A DNA stretch of 64,000 nt from a virus (taxonomy: Duplodnaviria; Caudoviricetes), in IMG/VR virus record IMGVR_UViG_3300035208_002115, one strand, 5' to 3'. Below the pieces are notes generated by a model, which was given only the letters and a program-made list of their open reading frames with translations, was not told where the DNA came from and did not search any database. A program made the translations under genes and the position numbers. Below, in pieces: positions 56,804-64,000 of this stretch (position 1 is the stretch's first letter; each line of letters opens with the position of its first letter).

Positions 56804-57526
56804 TTATGGTTCTATGTAATCTTTTATTGGAACATCTCCCAATATTCTAATTTCATGTGTATCCGTTCCTGTTATAACAGGTGTATTTTTATTTATGTCA
56901 TTTTTATTTATTACAAATATTATTACATTATTAATATCAACTGTTTTTAATCTTTCAATACCGCCAATTATAACGGGGTCGTTCAATCTCACATCAATAT
57001 TAGCACCCGTATAACACATCATTCTTCTGGCATTTTCAACCGATTCAATGAATGGTTCATTGTGTGATAATTTTTGTCTTGAATCAAAATCATCAAAGAA
57101 AACGAGTTTCATTTTATCAATATTCTTACCAACTCGTTTTTCTTGTATTTTTAACCATTCATCAATTAGTTTTTCTAAATCCTCTCTTGTTTTAGCTTTA
57201 GATAATAGAACAGCCAAATATATACCCCAATAATATGTATAAGCAAGTTCTATATCAGATGTGACACTTATACCCTCTATTCTTCCCCCACCAAAACCAG
57301 CACCCCATTTTTGTGCTTTTAAAAAACCGTCAGATAATATTTTATTTTTAAATATGGATACATGATATAATTTATCTGGTAAATTTTCATGTTCAATAAC
57401 TTTACTATTAACATATTCACCATTAATTTCTAATCCACCCGATTCGCCACCCCAACCTTTAAGAACTTTTATATCACTATGTTCATATTCCAATATAAGG
57501 TTTTCAAATGTTTTCAAATATTTCAT
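56804..57526 (-). CDS. CTS-leader protein with ADP-ribosyltransferase-like fold
   Basis: MKYLKTFENLILE; LYHVS...IL..G...GISVTSDIELA...HEIRI.GDVP. Confidence 0.6.
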   Translation of the reverse strand: MKYLKTFENLILEYEHSDIKVLKGWGGESGGLEINGEYVNSKVIEHENLPDKLYHVSIFKNKILSDGFLKAQKWGAGFGGGRIEGISVTSDIELAYTYYWGIYLAVLLSKAKTREDLEKLIDEWLKIQEKRVGKNIDKMKLVFFDDFDSRQKLSHNEPFIESVENARRMMCYTGANIDVRLNDPVIIGGIERLKTVDINNVIIFVINKNDINKNTPVITGTDTHEIRILGDVPIKDYIEP

Positions 57527-57535
57527 ATTTATACT

Positions 57536-58045
57536 TTAATTTATAATACTTTTTGTATCAAATAAAACATAGTTTCTTGCATCAGTAGTCCATTTATCCA
57601 TGAAGGTATTCCCGATATAACCAAGGTTTTTTAAAAACAAAGAAGCTTCTTTTTCTCCACCCAGTACATAGGCCAACCAATCATATGCTTGTTTATTAGA
57701 AACATCACCATAATCGAGAAAATCAGATTGAAATTCTTCTATCACATCTTCATCTATATCCTGTCTATTCAAAGCACTTTTTATTCTTTCACCGTCTTCA
57801 ATGACTGCATCTAAATCGAAATAATTTCCGTTTTTAATTTCATGTTCTCGAACAAAACCATGTGTAGTATAATATCTTTGGCTGACTTCTTCTTTGTCAC
57901 TAAAATATATCCCCCAACCACCCATACTTTTACCATCACCAGTACCAACTTTTGTCATATCGAATTCATCAAACTTTCTATCACTGCCATGATAAACTTG
58001 AATTCCCTCAAATATTAAACTTTCAAATGTTTTTAAATATTTCAT
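57536..58045 (-). CDS. CTS-leader protein with ART-PolyVal-like ADP-ribosyltransferase domain
   Basis: MKYLKTFESLIFEG; VYHGS..KFDEFD......G....GWGIYFSD...GY.G...NYVLFD. Confidence 0.72.
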   Translation of the reverse strand: MKYLKTFESLIFEGIQVYHGSDRKFDEFDMTKVGTGDGKSMGGWGIYFSDKEEVSQRYYTTHGFVREHEIKNGNYFDLDAVIEDGERIKSALNRQDIDEDVIEEFQSDFLDYGDVSNKQAYDWLAYVLGGEKEASLFLKNLGYIGNTFMDKWTTDARNYVLFDTKSIIN

Positions 58046-58053
58046 ATTAAAAA

Positions 58054-58458
58054 TTATTGTATTTCTTCTTCATCTCTTTCTATTGCTGGACTCGATGGAT
58101 TAGACTCATCATATGGGAATACATATTTCATATAAATATCATCATATTCTTTTTCAGAAACATTCTCAATTTTATAGAAAAAACGTTTTGCTATAAAATA
58201 CATATCATTAACTGGTTCGTCTGAAATAGTTGTGTTACCACCAGTTGGATGTAATGATATAGATGCTTCATTAAAATCGAAATTATCTATAATCCATTGT
58301 GGCTTTCTGTCTGGAGAACCACCCATATACGGTGTTAATGGATAAATAAAAGAACCTTTTATATCATTCATAAATTCTATAAACTTTTCTTTACTTATTA
58401 TATAAGCATCTGCGTATGTTAATACTGCTTCGTTTGTAAAAGATTTAAAGGTTTTCAT
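58054..58458 (-). CDS. putative internal head protein (CTS-like leader)
   Basis: MKTFKSFTNEA, the closest match to the T4 IP leader; AATATATA at 58486-58493. Confidence 0.7.
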   Translation of the reverse strand: MKTFKSFTNEAVLTYADAYIISKEKFIEFMNDIKGSFIYPLTPYMGGSPDRKPQWIIDNFDFNEASISLHPTGGNTTISDEPVNDMYFIAKRFFYKIENVSEKEYDDIYMKYVFPYDESNPSSPAIERDEEEIQ

Positions 58459-58493
58459 TGTTTTGTATTATTTTTAATTATCATTTATATATT

Positions 58494-59294
58494 TTATACT
58501 AATGATTTTAACATATCAATTAATTCAGTTTGTGGGTGACAATCGCTCTTATCAGTACGATAAGATATATGACTATAAATACCAGATTTGCCAGATAAAG
58601 CATTCTTTGATACATCCCACATATCTTCATTGTATACTTTAGATATATTAAATTTATCACACCAATATACTAATAATTTTCTTACAGATTCAATCTGAGC
58701 ATCTGTATATTTTTCAAATCCATAAAATCCTCGGTAACCATTTGGATATTCTTGTACATTTATAACTTGACCAGCTCTAATATTTGCTACGAATTTTCCT
58801 GTTGTTTCATCTGTTTTTGCTGGATACCACAAACCCTTACTTTTTATTAAACCACCCCATGCATCTATTTCAATACCAATAGATTGTTCATTTAACATTT
58901 TATTTCTGGTTGCATAATCACTGAAACCTTTTGATTTCAAAAAATCTGATTTACATCCGATATGGTGACCCCAATATTTTGTTGAAAAACATTGATATAT
59001 ACCCCCTTTGAAATCGACAATAACTGCTGTTGCGATTCGGTCGGCTGTACTACGCCAATAATTAATATCACCGTTTACACCCTGACCAGATACAGTATGG
59101 TGCAACACTATTTGTTTTTTAATTGTTTCTAATTTATAATATTGGTTATCAGGAAAATCTACCTGTATTAAATCTTTTTGAAGGTCTAACGCTGCATATT
59201 GTTTTAACTCAGTGTCTTTATGTACTGCTGCTGTCGATTTGGTATCTTGTATAGTTCCAAATGTCCATTTTGATAGTGGGAATGTAAATGCCAT
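58494..59294 (-). CDS. N-acetylmuramoyl-L-alanine amidase (endolysin, Amidase_2)
   Basis: IVLHHT, GHHIG, N..SIGIEI, YTDAQIES, YSH......KSDCHP. Confidence 0.85.
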   Translation of the reverse strand: MAFTFPLSKWTFGTIQDTKSTAAVHKDTELKQYAALDLQKDLIQVDFPDNQYYKLETIKKQIVLHHTVSGQGVNGDINYWRSTADRIATAVIVDFKGGIYQCFSTKYWGHHIGCKSDFLKSKGFSDYATRNKMLNEQSIGIEIDAWGGLIKSKGLWYPAKTDETTGKFVANIRAGQVINVQEYPNGYRGFYGFEKYTDAQIESVRKLLVYWCDKFNISKVYNEDMWDVSKNALSGKSGIYSHISYRTDKSDCHPQTELIDMLKSLV

Positions 59295-59393
59295 AATATT
59301 TTCCTTTGTTTTTATTATATATTAAAATAAAAAAATAATATATACAGATGTAAAAAACTAATATATACAAATACAAAAAATAAAAATTGACAT

Positions 59394-59930
59394 ATGAAAT
59401 ATGTAAAGACTTTCGAAACGTATAACCAAGAAATAATCCAAGAAAAAACTGGATATAAAAAAACATATTATCAACAAGATAATATTGGAAAAGCAAAATA
59501 TACTATCAGCTATCATGATGGTGTTGATACACATAAAGACGGAAGTCCATTTTTTGGTATTAGAACTTTCAAGAATAAAGAGAAAATGAATAAATTTGTT
59601 GATGAATTAAAGAAAAAAGGATATATCGAATCTCTTAATCCTATAAAAGAAAGTAAAACTGAATATAAATCTATAAAAAAAGAAGCTGATTTTTTTAAAT
59701 TAGCTGGTGAAATAGATAAAAAATATTTCCCTGATGTGAAGTATTACAGGGATGATAAAGATGATACGGCTGTGCATTATGCAATCGAAATATTTAATAA
59801 TGGTATATCTGGTTATGACACCCTGATAAATAAATTAGCAAAACATTGTAAAGATACTAAAGAAAATATTCACAATATTGTGAAAAAACACATTGAGGAT
59901 TTTGGTGATTATGAATATGAAGTAAAATAA
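59394..59930 (+). CDS. putative internal head protein (CTS-like leader, two modules)
   Basis: MKYVKTFETYNQE; internal IESLNPIKES; AATATATA at 59337-59344 and 59360-59367. Confidence 0.65.
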   Translation: MKYVKTFETYNQEIIQEKTGYKKTYYQQDNIGKAKYTISYHDGVDTHKDGSPFFGIRTFKNKEKMNKFVDELKKKGYIESLNPIKESKTEYKSIKKEADFFKLAGEIDKKYFPDVKYYRDDKDDTAVHYAIEIFNNGISGYDTLINKLAKHCKDTKENIHNIVKKHIEDFGDYEYEVK

Positions 59931-59934
59931 AATA

Positions 59935-60318
59935 TTATTTTTTCTCTATTGTTTTATTTTCTATATTATATATAATATAATGAGTATTCATTGGTGCGTG
60001 TGCAGCAGCATTAGTTACAAATTTTAAATCAACGCCTATATTTTTTGCCTTTTTCACAACTTCAGAAGATAGTGGATTTTCAATAATTCTATTAGCTTTA
60101 TTATATCTCCAACTGTCAACTACAATTATAACATCCCAATACTGTGGTTTATCATAATATTCAACTATTATTTTTTTCAATTTTTCCGATTTATCACCAA
60201 ATTTGTTTTCAACCCATCTACTTAAATCATTATATTTTTTAATTACAAATGGTATTAATTCGCTTATAATTAATTCATAATCTCTGTCTGCGTTGAATTC
60301 TTCATATAATTTAACCAT
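59935..60318 (-). CDS. putative internal head protein (CTS-like leader)
   Basis: MVKLYEEFN; AATATATA at 60344-60351. Confidence 0.6.
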   Translation of the reverse strand: MVKLYEEFNADRDYELIISELIPFVIKKYNDLSRWVENKFGDKSEKLKKIIVEYYDKPQYWDVIIVVDSWRYNKANRIIENPLSSEVVKKAKNIGVDLKFVTNAAAHAPMNTHYIIYNIENKTIEKK

Positions 60319-60420
60319 AAATAATTACGTCTATATTTTTATTTATATATTAAAAAAGTAGCTGTAATTTTTTTATCCTATTATTTTTTATTTATATTTG
60401 TTCTATTATTTTTAATAAAA

Positions 60421-60687
60421 ATGGGACACGACATTACATTACAAACGACCAACGGAAAGAAATTTCTTTATTGGATAAGATTCGGATGTGATGTATATCC
60501 AGACCTTTATAAAATAATGGGTGTTGAAAGAGAATGTGGTGAAGTTGATTTTACCAGAGAACAGATAGAATCTTTCATAAACGTTTTTAAAAAGGATGAA
60601 GAAAAATACTGGCAAGAACTTGAAATGCTGTCTAAAGCTGAAGGGTTCTATAACAAAGAAGGAATAATAACAATAATATTTGAATAA
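60421..60687 (+). CDS. hypothetical protein
   Basis: 88 aa; TATATTTG at 60393-60400 upstream. Confidence 0.65.
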   Translation: MGHDITLQTTNGKKFLYWIRFGCDVYPDLYKIMGVERECGEVDFTREQIESFINVFKKDEEKYWQELEMLSKAEGFYNKEGIITIIFE

Positions 60688-60914
60688 TGGGAAAACTGAA
60701 AAATATAAATCATTGGATTGCTGAACTTAGGTCGATAGCTTATAAAACTGAATTGTATGACATTGATGATGACGAAGTTCACATAATACCAGATTTTAGC
60801 AAGAAAATATTGTTCTCTAAAGAACGATTTAAAGATGCTTTTGAACGTGGTCTTATACCCCAAGAAGCTTTCGATGAAGAAATGGAAGCTTGGGCTGATG
60901 CACAATTAACTTAA
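60687..60914 (+). CDS. hypothetical protein
   Basis: 75 aa, TAATG-coupled. Confidence 0.65.
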   Translation: MGKLKNINHWIAELRSIAYKTELYDIDDDEVHIIPDFSKKILFSKERFKDAFERGLIPQEAFDEEMEAWADAQLT

Positions 60915-61134
60915 TAGGGTATATATGGAAACATTTATAAGAAGATTTTTTACTATATTAGTATTCATTGTAGTTTTAATTAGCCCGATTATAGCTATTG
61001 AATCGATTTTATATTTTTTTAGATTTACTTTCACTGGTGTAAGTTTTCCTAAAGACCCGTATAGTTTTGTTTTATTAAAAAGAATGTGGAAATAATATAT
61101 TGATGTTTGGTAACCAATAAATATAAAAAAATAT

Positions 61135-61344
61135 ATGGACAGATTTAATGAATTATTACAGAAACGCAAAAACATGACCGCCAATATTTTTGAGGAAGAA
61201 GAACTCATTGAGTTGGCTAAGTCCATGAGTGAAGAACAACTAAAAGATGTTGATAAGAAATTGTTAACGTATTCCAATGATGAACGTCTCGATTCATTGA
61301 ATGCATCGTTTGACAAATTATTGGCTGCTTTAGATAAAAAATGA
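61135..61344 (+). CDS. hypothetical protein
   Basis: 69 aa helical ORF. Confidence 0.6.
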   Translation: MDRFNELLQKRKNMTANIFEEEELIELAKSMSEEQLKDVDKKLLTYSNDERLDSLNASFDKLLAALDKK

Positions 61345-61348
61345 TATT

Positions 61349-61561
61349 ATGAAAATAACCGAATTTTTAAGAGCAGCCCAGTACAGCAGGTTAACTGTTG
61401 GGTATAGGTGGTTATTTGCGGATGGTAAAGACACATACACTGTCTGTGAAAGATTACCAAGAAAAAGAACTACAACCATACTTATTTCAAAAGCAGCAGA
61501 AGATGATGCTGTTAAATTATTAATAGAAGGTGAAGAATTATATTCAGACCTTTTAGATTAA
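61349..61561 (+). CDS. hypothetical protein
   Basis: 70 aa ORF. Confidence 0.6.
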   Translation: MKITEFLRAAQYSRLTVGYRWLFADGKDTYTVCERLPRKRTTTILISKAAEDDAVKLLIEGEELYSDLLD

Positions 61562-61616
61562 ACTTAATTTTAATTCAAATAAACAACATAATTTTTAAAT
61601 TTTAAACAATACAAAA

Positions 61617-63371
61617 ATGAGAACAAAAGATGTTTTTATGTTTATAGTCATGGGATTCTTTCTATGGCTTGTATTTTTCTTTGGTATGCCCATTCTAAGT
61701 TACGGGTGGGTTGGTTGGCCTATTACATTAATAATTATTGGAATCCTATTTTTAGTTTTTGATGTCCGAAATGAACAATCAGAAGGGAGTTGGAGAATGT
61801 ACGCAGGTATATTTTCACTTGTTATTGGGTTATTATTTTTTGTTATTCTTCCAATTGGTTCGATGCATATTTTTAATGCCGATAATTATCGAAATCTTAT
61901 TGGCGAAGTTGAACAAAAAACATATTCCAATGATATCAGCCCTATTGACCCGACACGTATAGTTTTAATTGACTATGATGTCGCTGCCAAACTCGGTGAT
62001 AAAAAACTTTCCGATGTTGAAAATATGGCTCTCGGTAGCCAAACATCAGTTGGAAAATATACCCATCAGAAAATAGGTACTGACCTTTACTATGCTGCAC
62101 CTTTGAATCATTCTGGTTTTTTGAAATGGCGAAAACATAAACAAGGTACATGTGGATATATTCTTGTTAATGCACATAACCAAAAAGATGTTCGTCTTGT
62201 AAAAGATGTTAATGGTAAAGAATTACATTTAAAATATCAAGAAGGTGGTTGTTTTGATGATTATCTTCCACGACATATTTATAGAGCATATAGGAAATAT
62301 GACCAAGGAGATATAGAATTCGAAATTGATGATGATTTAAATCCTTGGTATGTTGTAGCATTATATGATAAAGTAATAGGTTATGGTGGTAAGCAGGTTG
62401 TGAAATGTCTTGTTATTAATCCAGAAACTGGTAAAATTGATGAATATAAACCCGAAGATGTACCAGCATGGGTAGACAGAGTTTATCCAAAAACTCTTAT
62501 GAATAAACAATTTGATTTGTGGGGTGACCTTGTACATGGTTGGTGGAATTTTAGTAATCAGGATAAAGTTAAATTAAGTCAGGAAACCCAACTTGTTTAT
62601 GGTACAGATGGTAAATGTTATTTATTCAGTGGTGTGACTTCAGTTGGGTCTGATGATGCAAGTGTTGGATTTATAATGGTGGATGCAAGAACAAAACATA
62701 CTATATTTTATCACGCCAGTGGTGCTATTGAAACAGCAGCCCAAGCATCAGCAGAAGGTAGGGTACAGGAAAAGGAATATAAATCATCACAACCTCGTCC
62801 CTATAATATTAATGGTGTATGGACATATGTAATGGCACTTAAAGATAAAGAAGGACTTATTAAAAGTATCGCTATGGTTTCTTATGCTAATTATGAAATT
62901 GTTGGTATAGGTGAAACTATACAAGATGCTATTCGAAATTATAAAGCTGCCCTTAATAATAAAGGTGATATAATGGTCGCATCAAATGAACATTCAAAAT
63001 CAACTTTAGTAGGACAGTTAGTTCGGGTAGGTTCTGATAATAAAGATGGTCAGACATATTATTATTTGGTTTTTAAAGAGTCAGCTAATATTTTATTCGT
63101 AGGTACATCAGCACTATCAAATGAACTTCCATTGACCCAAATAGGTGATGAAATTAAAATAACATTTGAAGCTGGGGAAGAAGGTGAAGTGTTTATTGAA
63201 ACCTTTGATAATCACAACCTCAACTTTGTTAAAAGTACAGAACAAGTAAAGGCTGATTCTGTTTCTGCTACCGTAGAGAAAAGAATAAATTCTGATAACC
63301 TTGACCTGAGATTGAAATCTAAAATGGAAACAATGACTCCAGAGGAAAAGGAAAAATTATTGGAAAAATAA
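61617..63371 (+). CDS. large membrane protein (3 N-terminal TMs plus extracytoplasmic domain)
   Basis: 584 aa; hydrophobic N-terminus; YAAPL, FEIDD...PWYV, WVDRVYP, GVTSVGSD motifs. Confidence 0.8.
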   Translation: MRTKDVFMFIVMGFFLWLVFFFGMPILSYGWVGWPITLIIIGILFLVFDVRNEQSEGSWRMYAGIFSLVIGLLFFVILPIGSMHIFNADNYRNLIGEVEQKTYSNDISPIDPTRIVLIDYDVAAKLGDKKLSDVENMALGSQTSVGKYTHQKIGTDLYYAAPLNHSGFLKWRKHKQGTCGYILVNAHNQKDVRLVKDVNGKELHLKYQEGGCFDDYLPRHIYRAYRKYDQGDIEFEIDDDLNPWYVVALYDKVIGYGGKQVVKCLVINPETGKIDEYKPEDVPAWVDRVYPKTLMNKQFDLWGDLVHGWWNFSNQDKVKLSQETQLVYGTDGKCYLFSGVTSVGSDDASVGFIMVDARTKHTIFYHASGAIETAAQASAEGRVQEKEYKSSQPRPYNINGVWTYVMALKDKEGLIKSIAMVSYANYEIVGIGETIQDAIRNYKAALNNKGDIMVASNEHSKSTLVGQLVRVGSDNKDGQTYYYLVFKESANILFVGTSALSNELPLTQIGDEIKITFEAGEEGEVFIETFDNHNLNFVKSTEQVKADSVSATVEKRINSDNLDLRLKSKMETMTPEEKEKLLEK

Positions 63372-63393
63372 AAATATAAAAATTTGATATTGT

Positions 63394-63422
63394 AAAAGCC
63401 ACTCGTTTTGGGTGGCTTTTTT
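63394..63422 (+). terminator. intrinsic terminator
   Basis: AAAAGCCAC/GTGGCTTTT stem plus T run. Confidence 0.75.
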
Positions 63423-63465
63423 ATTTGTTAAAATTAATATATACTGGAAAATAAAAATATTTTTC

Positions 63466-63954
63466 ATGAAACAAATATTCAAATTCCACGAATTTCTTTA
63501 TGAGAATATGGAAGCTATTTCAAGAGATGATATCAATATATTTGATACAATCGATTATTATTACAATAATATTGATACAACTAATTTCAATGAACTTTTA
63601 CAGGATTTGCAGATTTATAAAGAAGATATGACCCAAGAAGAACTTGATGGTTATCTTGAAAAATATAAACAATTACTTGCCGATGTTGTAGGTGGTAAAA
63701 TTGAAAATAAAGTTACATTCGCTAAAGGATATGGTTATTGGGATGTTACTAAATATCCATATGGGGGCGATTTTAAAAGGTTTGTGGACAATGAATCGGG
63801 TAAAGTAATAGCTGGTACTGTAAAATACCCATACGAGACAAGAGTTGCATTAGATGATGGTAGAACTATCGTTGTTAAAAATGATGCGATTACTAATATG
63901 TATAATTTTATGATGAAAGCTCTCAATAAAAAAATAGGGGTTAAACCAGTTTAA
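63466..63954 (+). CDS. putative internal head protein (CTS-like leader)
   Basis: Likely start 63466, MKQIFKFHEFLYEN; AATATATA at 63436-63443. Confidence 0.65.
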   Translation: MKQIFKFHEFLYENMEAISRDDINIFDTIDYYYNNIDTTNFNELLQDLQIYKEDMTQEELDGYLEKYKQLLADVVGGKIENKVTFAKGYGYWDVTKYPYGGDFKRFVDNESGKVIAGTVKYPYETRVALDDGRTIVVKNDAITNMYNFMMKALNKKIGVKPV

Positions 63955-64000
63955 TTCTTAAATACTTTCCCAATCGGATGCACCACACCAACGGCTGGAA

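Noticed and set aside
6386-63926. Numerous antisense or overlapping ORFs in the track (e.g. 6768, 7638, 11837, 13172, 47906, 55001, 60906)
   Set aside because: They lie opposite well-supported genes and have no motifs; shadow ORFs
1-64000. Genome-wide stop-codon reassignment (TAG to Gln, as in some large phages)
   Set aside because: Coding density is high in the standard code, long genes are uninterrupted and several genes end plausibly at TAG; only rtcB has an internal TAG
1-64000. CRISPR arrays, tRNA or rRNA genes
   Set aside because: No regularly spaced direct repeats or cloverleaf/T-loop signatures seen by eye; a tRNA scan was not run

Overview
A very AT-rich (roughly 25% GC by eye), gene-dense segment of a large T4-related (jumbo/huge) phage genome in the standard genetic code. 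The host is probably Bacteroidota, judging by TTTG/TAnnTTTG promoter elements and the lack of Shine-Dalgarno sites. Recognisable genes include a gp61-like primase, a fused Mre11-Rad50 (gp47-gp46/SbcDC), a gp13-like neck protein, an amidase endolysin, a LAGLIDADG-dUTPase fusion, RtcB (split by an in-frame TAG), a RelA/SpoT-type HD hydrolase, a DEDD exonuclease, an M16 peptidase, a pyruvoyl arginine decarboxylase, ATP-grasp and amidoligase enzymes, a CheY-like receiver and four paralogous fibre/structural proteins. The main signal is two mutually exclusive peptide labels on otherwise unrelated accessory proteins. (1) About 23 proteins start with a T4 capsid-targeting-like leader (MKxLKxFxxF..NE), and most sit behind an AATATATA putative late promoter. 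Their cargo includes several ADP-ribosyltransferase-like folds, a 2H phosphoesterase, an ASCH domain, a cysteine hydrolase and ankyrin repeats. (2) About 34 mostly small proteins end in a shared helix, R-x-x-K-[IL]-x-x-[IL] (the 'C-tag'). C-tag carriers include two mini-proteins copying the Gol-equivalent segment of a T4-type major capsid protein and a degenerate terminase-ATPase-like domain, which suggests a bait/adaptor or decoy system. All homology calls come from recognising motifs by eye; no searches were run.
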